Positions 30,541 through 50,470 of a stretch of 64,000 nt of DNA are shown piece after piece (within the stretch, counting starts at the first letter, position 1; each line of letters starts with the position of its first letter). The DNA comes from the human T2T-CHM13v2.0 reference genome, Homo sapiens: assembly GCF_009914755.1 (NCBI RefSeq), contig NC_060925.1. The stretch is one strand, 5' to 3'. The position numbers and the translations under genes are program-made. A model generated the notes under the pieces. That model was not told the origin of the DNA and ran no database searches. It was given only the letters and a program-made list of their open reading frames with translations.

Positions 30541-31047
30541 TTGAAGTTTTATTTTAATCAGGGCATTAAAAGGAAGTTATGCTAGCACTAACAACATAAT
30601 TTCTTCCTCTAGAATTTGTCTTTGTTTAAAAGGAAAGACAGACTTGAGTGTACATATTGGTTCCTCCACTTAAAAGCCATAATATCTTGGCCAATATTTT
30701 TCACTTTTATGAACCTTAGATGGAAAGCATTCAATACAAAGCATTTCAGTATCAGCCAAGTATTATCAATATTTATCATACAGCAGGCATTAGGCTCTGA
30801 GAGTAGAACAGGACAGACACAGTTCCTGTTCTCCATCCTCCAGAATTTAGAGCATAATGGAGAGACAGACATGAATTCAGTAATCACTTGCATGAATAAA
30901 TGTATGACTGGGCAAGTGTGCTAGATGCTGTGATGGAAAGACACAAGGAGTTACAAGAGTATATAGCTGGGGGCCTATTTTGAATTCTAAAACTGGTTGT
31001 ATCAATTAACTATGGTTATGGAACACTTCATTCCTAAACTCGGTGTC

Positions 31048-32443
31048 ATTTTCTTCACTTAATATTTTTTTAAATTGCCAGATAACATTGTATGTGTTTA
31101 TCATGTACGACATGACATTTTGAAGTATATAAACATCGTGGGATGGTTAAATCTAATTAACATATATATTATCTAGCATAGTTGTCACTTTGTGGCGACA
31201 TCACTCTCTTTGCATTGTTCAAGGATACAATATATTTATCTTTAACTATAGTCACCTTGCTGGGAAATAGATCTCTTGAATGTATTCCTCTTATCTATCA
31301 GAAATTTTGTATCCGTTGACCATATCTCCCCATCTCCCCATACTCACCCCAACCCCCAACCGTCCCAGCCTCTAGTAAGCATCATCCTACTCTACTTTTC
31401 TACATTTCACATATGAATAAAATCATTCAGCGTTTGTCTTTCTGTGCCTGGGTTATTTCGCCTAACATAATGTCCTCCAGGTTTATCCACATAGTCACAA
31501 GTGACAGAATTTACTTCTTTCTGATGGATGAATAGTATTCCCTTGTACATATATACCACATTTTCTTTATTCATTCATCCACTGATGGACACTTAAGTTG
31601 ATTCCATATCTTGCCTATACTGCAATAAACATGCAAGTGCAGATATTTCTTTGATATACTGATTTCATTTCCCTTGGATATACACCCAGTAGTGGAATTG
31701 CTGGATCATATGGTAGTACTATTTTTAGTTTATTGAGGAACCTCACACTGTTTTCCACAATGGCTGTACTAATTTACATTCCCACCAATACACTAGTGTT
31801 CCCTTTCTCCACATCCTTGCCAACACTTGTTACTTTTTGTCTTTTCGACAATAGCCATTCTAGCTAGAGTGAGGTGATATCTCATTGTGGTTTTGATTTA
31901 CATTTCCCTGATGATTAGTGATGGTGAGCACTTTTCCATTTCCTGTTGGCCACTTGTATGCCTTCTTCTGAGAAATGTTTATTCGAGTCCTTTACCCATT
32001 TTTTAATTGTGTTATTTGTTTTCTTGCTATTGAGTTGTTTGAATTTCTTATATATTTTGGATATTAACCCCTCATCAGATGTATAGTTTGCAAATGTTTT
32101 CTCTCATTCTGTAGGTTGTTTCTTCACTTTGTTGATTTTTTTCCTTGGCTGTGCAGAAGCTTTTTAGTTTGATATAATCCTGTTTTTCTATTTTTGCTTT
32201 TGTTGCCTGTGTTTTGAGGAGATATAAAAAATATCATTGCCCAGGCTAATGTCATGGGGCTTTCCCCCTATGTTTTCTTCTAGGAGTTTCATAGTTTCAG
32301 GCTTTACATTTTAGTCTTTAATCCATTTTGAATTGATTTTAGTATATCATGAGAGATAAGCGTCTAATTTCATTCTTCTGCATGTGAATGTCCAGTTTTC
32401 CTGACACATTTTGTTGAAGAGACTTCCCTTTCTGCATTGTGCT
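31048..32443 (-). mobile_element. L1MA (MA6-8-like) 3' region
   Basis: taacattgtatgtgtttatcatgtacgacatg...atacacccagtagtggaattgctggatcatatgg...ttcattcttctgcatgtg. Confidence 0.9.
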
Positions 32444-32724
32444 AACCTCCCATGTCTTGTAAGAAGAACCATTTATTACCTCTTACATGCTGCAGGTCAG
32501 TTGGAGTCCACTGATCTTGGCTGAGCTCTGCTGGTTGCCATGACTAATTTTAGCAGAACTTTCTCTGGTGTCTGCTGGTCAACTAAGGGTTGGGTGGCCC
32601 AAGCTGGGCTCCACTGCTGTGGCTGTGCTCCACATGTTCTTCATGCTCCGTGGACCAGTGGGCTAGCCAAGGCATCTTCTTCTCATAGAGTTGGTACAGG
32701 TATCAGAGTCAAGCACAAACTCAT

Positions 32725-33126
32725 TGTGATGGTTAATTTTAGGTGTCAACTTGGCTAGCCATGGTATCCAGTTTTTTGATCAAAAACTAGTACAACTGTT
32801 GCTGTAAAGATATTTTGTAGATTAACATTTACAATCTATTGACTTTAAGTACAGCTGATTACCCTGTGTGGGTGGGGTCTAAGAGCAAAGATTGATGTTT
32901 CCAGGAAAAGAAGGAATTTTGCCTCAAGACTATAATATAGAAATCCTGCTGGAGTCTCCAACTTGCTGTCTTGCCCTACAGATTTCAGACTAAGACTGCA
33001 CCATCAACTCTTACCTGAATTTTCAGCCTGCTGGCCTGCTGAAAACATTTCAAGAATCAACAGCTTCCACAATTAACTTCTTACAATCTCTGTCTCTTTC
33101 TATATATATGTATACGTGTCTGTGCA

Positions 33127-33165
<39 letters not shown>

Positions 33166-33199
33166 GGTTCTGTTTCTCTGGAAAACCCTGACTGACATA
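32725..33199 (+). mobile_element. MLT2 (ERVL) LTR with internal (CA)n
   Basis: Starts tgtgatggttaattttaggtgtcaacttggctag; ends ttggttctgtttctctggaaaaccctgactgacata. Confidence 0.9.
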
Positions 33200-33384
33200 T
33201 CCATTGAAATCTCTTAAGACCTGGGCTTGACCTAAAAAATTGTCACTATTAGACAAAGTAAGTCACATAGCTAAGCCCAAAGTCCAAGGCAGGGAACATT
33301 CTCTGCCCATGATGAGGACATAGACAGGGCACGGATGCAGAAGGGAGAAAATAATTTAGGTCAATAATGCACTCTATCATGCTA

Positions 33385-33960
33385 GGGAAGATTTTCTTTC
33401 TAAAGAAGCAACACTGAAGTTGACGCCTAAAAGATAAGTAGCAGTCAGTGCAGAGAAGAAAAGGAGAAGGAAAATCCAGGGAGAACACATGGGATAGAAT
33501 GCAGGAAAGGCTCGAGGAGGGAAAGAGAGTGTATGTCAAGAGACTAGTAATTCTGAAGAAAGGTGGGAAATGATGCTGGAGAGAGAGAAAGGTACCAGAT
33601 ACCACAGAGCATGGTATCAGATGAAGAATTTCGGATTTTATTCTAACTGTAAATAGAAGCCATAAAAATGTTTTAAGTACAATAGTGATATGATAAATTT
33701 GCTTTTTGAAAATTATTACTCTAGCTGCTATATGGAAATTGTATAGCCGGAAATCATTATATTAAAATTATTTTTAAAGTTATTGCAATAGTTCAGGCAA
33801 GAGACAAATTTTTTGTGACTGGTTTAGTAGTAGTGAAGGAGAAAATGAAAATATGAGATACATGTTGCAGAAAAAATTAGTAGAAATTGGTAACTTCTGG
33901 AAGGAGATGTCATTTTCTGAGACAGAAAACATTACAGGAGAAACATGTTTGGGAGAGATT
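33385..33960 (-). mobile_element. L2 LINE fragment
   Basis: gaatttcggattttattctaactgtaaatagaagcc...ttactctagctgctatatggaaa. Confidence 0.7.
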
Positions 33961-35113
33961 GATAAATGAAACGTTCATATAATTAGTAATAATTACTTAA
34001 GGGATAGGTTTCATTTTAATCAAGAATATCATTTATTTATAAGTGTTAAAAAAGAGGGGATACTAGCACACTACTAGGTTGAATAAAATCTCAAGCCTCC
34101 TTTCTCATTACTTAATGAAACTGGGTCTGGAAAATTACTTTTCATGTGCAATTTGATATCAGTTAATATAAGTGAGCCTAAGCTAATTTAATAATTTGTT
34201 GGTATGCATAATGAACTAGAATCTTATGTTATATAACTGTTTCAACAAAGTGATCCTATTTAAAGGCTATTAATAAAAGATGGTAGCACAATTGAAAAAT
34301 ACCTTTGCGAGGCTCCAAGGCAATGGACTTCAGTATGATCATTAACTCCAGATCTTTACAATGAGTTGTTCACAGCTGTTTCCATAACAGCCATTAAAAT
34401 ATTTACAACAAAAATGCTTTAAGGTAGGCAGGTGCCATTGAGTACATCCATTATTAACAAGGCTGGTAGCAAAACAAAAATGTAAAAAGTGCTAAAAGAA
34501 GAAATAGAATATCACTGTGTTTTCTGACAATCTCTGATTGCACACACTATCCATATGCTTTGCCTGATAAATAAATTTTCCCCAAGCTGCATGATTTCTT
34601 TTCTCTTTGTTTAGGAACTTTAAGAGATGTTAGCTAGTGAATAGAAATAGCATCATTATTTTTAGTTTAAATCTTGCTATTAATACATGTTTTCCACTGA
34701 CATATTTTCATAAATATTCAACTTTGAAAATTTAGAAAAAATTCATGCATTTCCATTTATAGGAAGCGAACACCCAAGAGAAATTCCTACGCATAAAAAT
34801 TAAAGAAGGAATAGATAAATAGGTAGATTTCAGTTTCGTGTGGGTGGGGAAACTGACTGGCAGTGGAGTGGCAGGCAGCTAGCTCTTAATGTTCTATTTC
34901 AAAGGCTTTGGAAGTCATAATTAAAAACAACAGATATGATCAAAATTTTCACATTTGACTACGGTACGTATTTATATATGCAACTTTCAGATTTTATTAT
35001 TTTGAGATTTTGGAAATCCACAGTATTTCCAACAACGTAATGGAAGTACGATGTGAATACTTGCCTTTGGATAAAGAGGAAGCTGCCTAGCTCTTCTCAC
35101 TTCTCCGAGTCTC

Positions 35114-35560
35114 TGTGGCAGCCATGATGGAGCTCCTCTCAGATCTTACTTCTAGAGAGAATGTGCCAAACGGAGGGCAGTCAGTTTACAGCCTGCAGCA
35201 CCTTCAGGATCCATTGCAGTATTCAAGCCTAAGCCACAGTCTGCCTAAGCAGTGCTAACCAGTGCCTGCGCATAGTGGGTGTGTTAGTGATTGCTCATTT
35301 CTGTGCCATGTGGAAATTCTCTAAAGGATAATTTGCTCTGGAACCTCATTTTGGGCTGGCTGAGACCTCAAAGCTGTTTGAGCATCTTCCTACCCAATCT
35401 TCCTTCCTACCCTCTCTATTTTCATAGTATTGAAACTGCATTCTAGTCTGGAAAGTTCCTTGCTTCCTCTTTCTTATCTTTCACAAGGATTGTCCCCAAT
35501 AATCTACTGGACTTTTATCTTCTTCTTGGCATCTGCTTCCTAGAGGACCTAAGCCGCACA
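35114..35560 (+). mobile_element. LTR16A-like ERVL LTR
   Basis: tgtggcagccatg...ttggcatctgcttcctagaggacctaagccgcaca, LTR16-type termini. Confidence 0.75.
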
Positions 35561-35830
35561 ATCCCTGATTTCTTTGGTGTCTGAATTCCCTCCTGTGTAA
35601 TTCACTGTCACTAATGAAGCCCTGCCTTAAAGCCTGTATTGAGTTAACTTTATTTTCAAGACATATAAGTGACAAACATAAATAAGGCACTGTGCTGGGC
35701 ATGATAGAAATACTAAGATGGTATGAAACGATATTACTTTTAAGAAGTCTATATAATTGTGGACAGCAAACACATGAGAAAAAAAAAAGAATAAAGATAT
35801 CCAAAAGGGCCTTTGAAAATGCAGAAAACA

Positions 35831-36409
<579 letters not shown>

Positions 36410-36681
36410 TGAGAGTGGTAGGAGATGGATAGTGAACTAGATGCCACAGGAAAGGGATGGGAGCACCATGTACCTGACCAAGAATACAGTACTTTGTCTC
36501 TAGGTCACAGGGAGTCACTGAGGGTTATTGACCAAGTAGATGCATGCACTTCCATTTTCAGGAAGACAGTACCCTAAAACTATATGATCAGATTGGAACT
36601 TTAGATAAATTACTCTGGCCATAGTGTGGAAAAAGGATTGACAGAGGGGCCTGATCAGAACCAGTGAAAACAGGTTAGCTT

Positions 36682-37020
<339 letters not shown>

Positions 37021-37396
37021 TTAGCTGAAACATTCTTCCATATCCTGAGAAAACTTTAATTTTCTCCCAGGATTTCTGCAAATTCCTGAGCTTATGGTGG
37101 AAGGCTTGTATTTTCATGGCCGCCTCAGATTCTAAACTTCTGCTTTGATTAGATTAGTTAAGTTCATCAGCTGTCCTGATGTCCACACCCTGCTTTCTTC
37201 ATTCTACATTGTATCCATCCAGACAGGCACTTAGTTTCCAGTTCACTTCCTGCCACCTCCATTCCCAAAGACTACTCCATATTCTCACCTTTCAACACAT
37301 CCATGCCAACATGGCTTTTGGACATATAGAAAATTTTGCTTAAATATTTTTTTAGAAAGGGGGAGGGGAAAGATTTGAAGTGGAGCTACTTTCTTT

Positions 37397-37619
37397 CTTT
37401 CTTTCTTTTTTTATTATATACTTTAAGTTCTGGGGTACATGTGCAGAACGTACAGTTTTGTTACATAAGTATACACGTGCCATGGTGGTTTGCTGCATCC
37501 ATCAACCCGTCACGTATATTAGGTATTTCTCCTAATGCTATCCCTCCCCTAGCCCCCCACCCCCCGACAGGCGTGTGATGTTCCCCTCCCTGTGTCCATG
37601 TGTTCTCATTGTTCAACTC
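37397..37619 (-). mobile_element. L1PA (PA6-8-like) 3' end, 5'-truncated
   Basis: ttatactttaagttctggggtacatgtgcagaacg-type 3' UTR; perfect 20-bp TSD gaagtggagctactttcttt (37377-37396 / 37620-37639). Confidence 0.93.
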
Positions 37620-37682
37620 GAAGTGGAGCTACTTTCTTTGAGCAAAGGAAAAAAAAAAACTTCTTTTAAAAAATCCTCTGAT

Positions 37683-38770
<1,088 letters not shown>

Positions 38771-39302
38771 TTAATATTTTATAATAATCTACCTCCCATT
38801 TCTACCAACTTAGTTGCAGACTTTTCACCTGAAAAATTTTCATTTTGTTTGTCCTTGTATTTTCTGTTCTCCTTCTTGTTCATTTATCCTTAAAAGCAGC
38901 TTATTTACTTTAATCCTATCTCTTACCAAGCCACGCCCAAAGTTTTAGCTTCCTTCCCCACATATTTATCGGAGTATTTTCTTAAACTAAGATTGTTACT
39001 TCCTAACAAAAATATTGGTGCCAGCTGAAAAGATAATTTTTTTTCACCCTCCTACATATGTATGCTAACACTCTACCCTGACAAACTGACAAAGTGTGAC
39101 TTTGATGGCTTAAGAACAAGTAATACTGGTTATGTCATCAAACGAGCAAAATTGGGAGATTGGATGATCAGACATAGTTTACCTATTTGAAGGTTTATTA
39201 AATGTTAAAAATTTTCTACCTCTTATTTCTTTTTTCCTTTCTGGTCGCCATTTTTTTCTCAGCAATATCCTTTTCATTCAGTTTGCTTTGAATAACAGTT
39301 AA

Positions 39303-39385
39303 GCTGTTCTGCCCATAGAGTAGCCATTCTTTATTCCATTACTTTCTTAATAAACTTGCTTTCACATTAAAAAAAAAAAAAAAAA
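39303..39385 (+). mobile_element. MER41 (ERV1) LTR fragment ending in poly(A)
   Basis: gctgttctgcccatagagtagccattctttattccattactttcttaataaacttgctttcac matches the recalled MER41 poly(A)-signal region; A17 starts 14 nt after AATAAA. Confidence 0.7.
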
Positions 39386-39387
39386 GA

Positions 39388-39524
<137 letters not shown>

Positions 39525-40025
39525 GCTAAGATAATAGTCACTATAAGATTCCTTCAATAGATGCTTGACCATCTCCTCCATACCTCAATTAGTGTGGCTG
39601 TTCGATTAGTTTCTCTTGAGTTCAAAAAAATTTGTATATATATTTACTGACAAAACTGTATATTTTTATCATGTGAAGCATGATGTTTGGAGCTATGTAT
39701 GGTAGACTCAATCAAGCAAATTAATGTATGCATTAATTCATATATTTGCCACTTTTTTATGGTGAGAACACTTAAAATCTACTCTCAGTGATTTTCAAAA
39801 TACATTGTTATTTACTACAGTCATGATGTTGTACAATAAATCTCTTGAATCTATTTTTCTTATCTAACTGAAATTTTGTATCCTTTAACCAACATCTCCC
39901 AGTCTTGCACTCTTCCACCTGCAGTCCTTGATATTCACCATTCTACTTCTATGAGATCAACTTTTTTAGATTCCACATATAAGTGGGGTCCTATAATATT
40001 TGTCTTTCTGTGCCTGGCTTATTTC

Positions 40026-43785
<3,760 letters not shown>

Positions 43786-46700
43786 TGGCTTATTTCATTT
43801 AAACATAATGTCTTTTAGGTTCATCCATGTTGCAACTACAAAGTTGTGCTTCTTTTTAAGCCTAGGTAGTATTCTATTTTGTGTGTGTGTGTGTGTGTGT
43901 GTACACACATTTCATATACACACACACATATATATATGGCACACTTTCTTTATCCATTCATCTCTTGATGGATAGTTAGATTGATTCTGTGTATTGGCTA
44001 TTGTGAATAATGCTGCAGTGAATATGGGGATGCAGATATCTCTTCAACATGCTGATGTCTTTTGGATATATGCCTAGTAGTAGGATTTCTGGATCATATG
44101 GTAATCTATTTTTAGTTTTCTGAGGAACCTCCATACTGTCTTATATAATGCCTGTACTAATTTACATTCACACTAACAATATTCAAGAAGTCCTCTTCTT
44201 TTCACATCCTTGTCAATACTTCCTATCTTTCATCTTTTTTATAGTAGCCATTCTAACAGGTGTGAGGTGATGTCTCATGGTTTTAATTTGCATTTCCCTG
44301 ATAATTAATGATGTTGAGCATTTTTTCATATAGCTGTTGGTCATTTGCTAGTCTTTTTTAGAGAAATGTCTATTTGGGTCCTTTGCTTGTTATCAGATTT
44401 TTTTTGTGTTGTTTAGTTGTTTGAGTTTCTTATATATTTTGAATATTAACTTTTCATCATCAGCAGTATGATTTGCAAACACTTTCTCCCATTCTGTAGG
44501 TTGTTTCTTCACTCAGTTGTTTGTTTTCTTTACTGTGCAGAAACTTTTTAGTTTGACGTAATCCCGTTTGTCTATTTTTGCTTTTGTTGTCTGTGCTTTT
44601 GAGGCCATAACCAAAGAAATTATTCTCCAGACTGATATCATAAAACTTTTCTTCTATGTTTCTTCTAGTAGTTTTACAGCTTCAGGTCTTATATTTCAGT
44701 CTGTAATCCATTTTGACTTAATTTTTGTATATAGTGTGAGATAAGGATCTAATTTTACTCTTCTTCATGAAGATATTCTGTTTTACCAAAACCAATGATT
44801 AAAAACACTGTTCTGTCTCCATTGTATGTTCTTGGCACCTTTCTTGCAAATTTATTGACTAAATTGATGTGTGTATTTATTTCTCAGTTTTATATTTTGC
44901 TCCATTGATCAATGTGTCTGTTTTTTTGCCAGTGCTATGCTGTTTTCATTACAATAGCTTTATAATATATTTTGAAATCAGGGGGTGTGATGCCTCCAGC
45001 TTTCTTCTTTTTGCTCAAAATTGTTTTGACTATTTGGGGGTCCTTTGTGATTCCATACAGAGTTTACAATTGTTTTCCTATTTCTGGGAAAAATGACATT
45101 GGAATTTTGATAGGGATTGCATTGAATCTGTAGATTGCTTTGGTCAGTATGAACATTTTAACAACAGTGATATATCTTTCCATTTATTTATGTCTTCCTC
45201 AATATTTTTCATCAGTGTCTTACAGTTTTCTTTCTTTCACCTCTCTGGTTAAATTTATTCCTAATTGCATTGAAAATATGGACTCTGAAAAAAAATTCCT
45301 ATTTTATTTTCATAGCTATTGTGAATAGGATTGTGTCTTGATTTCATTGTCAAATAGATTGCTGTTAGTGTATAGAAATACCACTAATTTTTATATATGG
45401 ACTTTGTAATCTGTAACTTTATGGAATTTATTTATTAGTTATAACAGCTTTTTGGTGGTATCTTTAGGTTTTTCTGCATGTAAGATCATATCATCTGCAA
45501 ACAGCAACAATTTAACTTCGTTCCTTCCAATTTCGATGGGTTTTATTTCTTTCTCTTTTCTAATTGCTCTAAGACTTCTAGTGCTATGTTGAGTAGAAGT
45601 GGTAAGAGTGAACATCCTTGTCATGTTTCTGATCTTAAATAAAAAGCTTTCAACTTTTCACCATTGAGTATGATGTTAACTGCAGTTATGTCATACAAGG
45701 CCTTTATTGGATTAATAAATATTTCTTCTTATATCTAATTTGTTAAGAGTTGATATTGAATTTTGTCAAATTTTTTTTCTGAGGTGATCATATGGTTTTA
45801 GGTTTTGATTCTGTTAATATGGTTTACTGCATTTATAGAATTTTGTGTGCTGAACCATCTTTGCATCCCTCGAAAAATCCTACTTGATCATGCCGTATGA
45901 TTCTTTGAAAGTGCTGTTGAATTTGGTTGCTAGTATTTTGTTGAGGATTTTTGCATCTATATTCATGAGGGATGTTGGCCTATAATTTTCTTTTCTTGTA
46001 GTGTCTTTGTTTAGCTTTGGTATCAGGGTATTGCTGGCCTCATAAAATGGGTTTAGAAGTATTCCCTCCACTTCATTTTTTTGGAGGAGTTTTTAAATGA
46101 TTGTTGTTAGTTATTCTTTAAATGTTTAGTAGAACTCAACAGTGAAGCCATCAGTTCCTGGGATTTTCTTTGATGAGAAACTTTTTATTACTGATTTAAT
46201 CTCCTTACATGTTGTAAGTCTCTCCAGATTTTTTTATTCTTCATGATTCAGTCTTTTATTTCTTCAGTATGTGTCTAGAAATTTATCCACGTCTTCTAGG
46301 TTATTCAATTTGTTATCATATAGTTGTGTATAGTAGTCTCTTAGGATCCATTGTATTTTTGTGGTACCAGTTATAATGTTTCTCTTTGATTTCTGATTTT
46401 ATTTATCTGAGTTTTCTCTCTTTTTTCTTAGTAAAATGTTTTTACTAAAGGTTTGCCAAATTTGTTTACCTTTTCAAAAAACCAACTCTTAGTTTCATTG
46501 ACCTTTTCTATTGTTTTTCTAGGCTTACTTTAATTCTGCTTGATCCTTATCGTTTATTTACTCTACTAACTTTGGACTTAGTTTGTTCTTTTTCTAGTCC
46601 CTTGAGGTCTAACATTGGATTGTTTATTTGAGATATTTATTCTTTTTGGTGTAGGCATTTATTGCTATAAACTTTCTTCTTCAACCTGCTTTCTTACATC

Positions 46701-46947
46701 CCATAAGTTTCAGTATGTTGTGTTTCCATTTTTAATTGTCTCAAGATATGTCTAATTTTCCTTTTAACTTCTTTGATTCATTTGTTGTTCAGGAGCATGC
46801 TGTTTAATTTCCATGTACTTGTGAATTTTCCAAAATTCCTCCTGTTATTATTTTTACTTTTATATTATTGTGGTCATAAAAGATTCTTGATATGATTTCA
46901 GTCTTTTTAAAATAAATATTAAATGCACATTGCATTTTATTATTCAG

Positions 46948-47030
46948 AGTATCTATCTCATAGATTTGGTATAAAGATTGGATAAAATAAATTTGTGTAA
47001 AGTTCTTCACATAATAAATGCTCAATTGAT
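46948..47030 (+). mobile_element. MIR 3' fragment (inside the captured block)
   Basis: agtatctatctcatagatttggtataaagattgg...tgtgtaaagttctt...ataataaatgctcaat. Confidence 0.6.
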
Positions 47031-47110
47031 GTATTTCTGTATTTTCAGGACACTTGCTTCCCCTCCCAAGGAAGCGGTTGTAAAAACATCCCACTTTTAG
47101 TGCACGATCT

Positions 47111-47214
47111 ATTTTTTATTTTAATTAAAGACACAATCTTGTTATGTTGCCTCCAAGCTGGCCTCAAAATCTTGGGCTCAAGTGATCCTCCCACCTCAGC
47201 CTCCTGAGCAGCTG
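47111..47214 (-). mobile_element. FLAM / Alu monomer fragment
   Basis: ttatgttgcc...gctggcctcaaaatcttgggctcaagtgatcctcccacctcagcctcctgag. Confidence 0.8.
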
Positions 47215-47974
47215 AATAATGTTTTTAAAATAGCCTTTCCTTTATGAAAACCCAAAATAAACCCCATCTGTATACTATTTATCAATTTAACTGAGGTCTT
47301 TTCCACAAGAAACTTCCAGGTTAACGGTTGTTGGCCTGTTTTCTTTTTTCCCTAATGTAATATCCCATGGATATAATATTTCTCCTAAGAAGCCATGATT
47401 TGTTTCTTTAATGAAGGGGTTGTATGTGTTTAGTTGTAAAAATTTACACTAGCCAACAGAGACCTGCACTTAATGAGTTATTTAAAAAGAGATTGTTAGT
47501 GTTCTTTCATTATTACTAGCATACTATTACTATTACTATTTTTGAATCCTGGAAACCAGCTTAAATTAATAAAGGCCAAGTAATTGTCATTTTCTGTGTT
47601 GACTCTTTGTTATGCTGGTTATTAAGCACATTGCCTGAGAATACTTACTCGCTATCAGATTTTCTCCTAGAATGGAGGACTCTATTATGCTGCGAACACT
47701 CATTATTTTAGACATTATGCTGAGAGAGAGCAGAGAAGGCATTTGGGGAGATTGCTTTCCCACATGCCATTGGATCATCTGATTATTGTTTTTTGCTTTA
47801 TTGATCCATATAGACTCTCTTTGCAGGTGTGAACAGTTACTAAATTCAATAAAAATAAAATTAAAGGCCCCCTAAGAGCTAGAAAGATAAAAATAGAATA
47901 TCTCATTTTGCTGGTACTGGGAAGTGTCCCACTAACTTGTCTGCTATTTCATTCCCCACACCCTTCTCAAGTAT

Positions 47975-48435
47975 GCTGCATATTCACAATAGTAAAGGCA
48001 TGGAATCAACCTAAATGCCCATCAATGCTAGACTGGATAAAGAAAATATGCCACATTATACACCATGGAATACTTTGCAGCCATAAAAAAGGAGATCATG
48101 TCCTCTGCAGCAACATGGATGGAGCTGGAGGCCATTATCCTTAGCAAATAAAGGCAGGAACAGAAAACCAAATACCACATGTTCTCACTTATAAGTGGGA
48201 GCTAAATGATGAGAACACATGGACCAATGAGGTGGGGAGCAACAGACACTGGGGCCTACTGGAGACTGGAGGGTGGAAGATGGGATGAAGGAGAGGATTA
48301 GGAAAAATATTAATGGGTGCCAGGCTTAATACCTGGGTGATAAAATAATCTGTACAATAAACTCTCATGACACAAGTTTACCTATGTAGTAAACCTGCAC
48401 ATGTACCCCTGAACTTACAAGTTAAAAATAAAAAT
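47975..48435 (+). mobile_element. L1PA (PA13-16-like) 3' end
   Basis: tattcacaatagtaaaggcatggaatcaacctaaatgcccatcaatg...aaacctgcacatgtacccctgaactta. Confidence 0.9.
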
Positions 48436-48461
48436 ATTTTTTTATCATAAAAAATTATAGT

Positions 48462-48610
48462 ATAGAGGAATTTTAAATTGAGAAAGATTCTTAGCAATTA
48501 TCCAAACATGAATTCCAGAGAGATATTGTAATTTGCCTAGGGTAGGACACCTGGTAAGTGGAAAGGCTTGTGTGTTCTCATTAGCTCAATACTTTTTTCA
48601 CCAACCACTC
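48462..48610 (-). mobile_element. MIR/MIR3 fragment (inside the captured block)
   Basis: ccagagagatattgtaatttgcctagggt...ctggtaagtggaaagg...acttttttcaccaaccac. Confidence 0.55.
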
Positions 48611-50067
48611 AACAGGTCATGTACCTGTTTGTTAATAAAATTGAGTTTTCACTCCTTGAAAGAGAAAAATGATTAAAGTCTCCATTAATATACTAACCTT
48701 TGGAAGATTCAAGAATCTCCAAATTCATTGCCATATATATGAAGAAGCTTGACTTCCTTTCTTAGCATATTCAGCAACACACACACATGCACACACACAC
48801 ATATGTACACATGTACACTACCAACTGGTTGAAGTGGTGATTTCAATATAGATGTTAATAAAAGTGATGGTGATGAAAGAAAGAAACTCGCAAACTCCCT
48901 TCAGTTATGCAATTCTATGAATTCCAGTCTATTCACATGATGATATACTCAAAACACTGTTACCCTCATCCACAGTATGACTTTCTTAACTTTTGTTTTA
49001 CTTAAAAATTAGGATCATTTTGTTCATGGTTCATTTCAGTTTATGGTGATATGAATATTCTAGAAGGATTGTCAGCACTGACCACTCTGATGTGAGAACT
49101 GGAAAAATGAATGTCTTAAATATCATGCATTGGTAGTAAATGTTATTCTGGCATGATGAATTGTTTCCAGGAATTGAAATATGAGAGACTTGGTTTTGCT
49201 GGGAAGAAAGAACCCTCAATCTTAAATTTGTTAAGCCTTGTTTTTTGCCTAACTTATGATCTATTTTCAAGAATACACTTGAGAATAATATTATTCTGCA
49301 GCTGTTGGAGGGAATGTTCTATATATGTCTTTTAGAGCTATTTGGTTTAAAGTGTAGTTTGTGTTTAATGTTTCTTATGATGTGTCCATTGTTGAACATG
49401 AGATTTTGAAGTTCTCTATTATTATTGTATTATCGTCTACTTCTCCGCTCATAGCTATTTATATTTGCTTTATATATTTATTGCTGATGTTTGTGTGTAT
49501 GTATATATAGATAGATAGATTAGATAGATATAATTGTTATATCCTCTTAATGAATTGACTTCTTTATTACTACATAATTATCTTCTTTGCCTCATTTGAC
49601 AGTTTTTGACCTAAAGTCTATTTTATCTAATATAAGTATGGCTACCCTGCTCTTTTCTGGTCTCCATTTGAATGGACTATCATTTTCCATCTCTTCACTT
49701 TTAGTCTATGTGTGTCCTTAAAGGAGAAATTAGCCTCTTACAGGCAGCATACAGTTAGGTCTTTCGTTTTGTAAATGTATTCAGCCACTCTAGGTCTTTT
49801 GATTGGAAAAGTTAATTCATTTACATTCAAGGTAATTATTGTTAGATAAAAACTTAATACTGGCATTCTGTTAATTGTTTTCTGGTTGTTTTACAGATCT
49901 TTGTTCCTTTCTTCCCCTCTTGCTGTCTTCCTTTGTAACTGGGTGATTTTCTCTAGTGTTATGTTTTGATTCCTTTCTTTCGTCTTTTCTGTATCTAAGA
50001 TAGATTTTTGTTTTGTGGTTACCATGAGGCTTCTATAAAATATCTTACAGTTAAAATATGCTATTTT

Positions 50068-50470
50068 TGTTCTCGTTTATTTGCGGGAGCTAAAAATTAA
50101 AATAACTGAACTGAGGAAGATAGAGAGTCAAAGGAGCCTGGGAAGGATAGTAGCTGGTGGGAATGGGAAGTGGAGATGGTTAGTGGGTTCAACAATAGTT
50201 AGAAAGAATGAATAAAACCTAGTATTTGATAATGCAACTGGGTTACTATAGTCAAAAATAATTTAATTGTACATTTTAAAATAGCTACAAGGGTATAATT
50301 GGATTGTTTGTAACACAAAGGATAAATGCTTGAGGTGATGGAAACCCCATTTACCCTGATGTGATTACTACACATTTCATGCTTATATCAACACATCTCA
50401 TGTAACCCATAAATATATACACCTATTATGTACCCACAAAAATTTGAAAAATTAAAAAATAAATAAAAAT
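50068..50470 (+). mobile_element. L1MA2/3-like 3' end inserted in the host L1
   Basis: ggattgtttgtaacacaaaggataaatgcttgaggtgatgg...tatgtacccacaaaaatt; TSD aaaatatgctatttt / aaaatatgctctttt. Confidence 0.9.

Larger units (their letters stand above)
30998..33380 (-). mobile_element. MLT1 (MaLR) LTR in three pieces (30998-31047, about 32460-32724, 33200-33380)
   Basis: Start tgtatcaattaactatgg; middle ccaaggcatcttcttctcat; end caaagtaagtcacatagctaagcccaaagtc. Confidence 0.65.
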
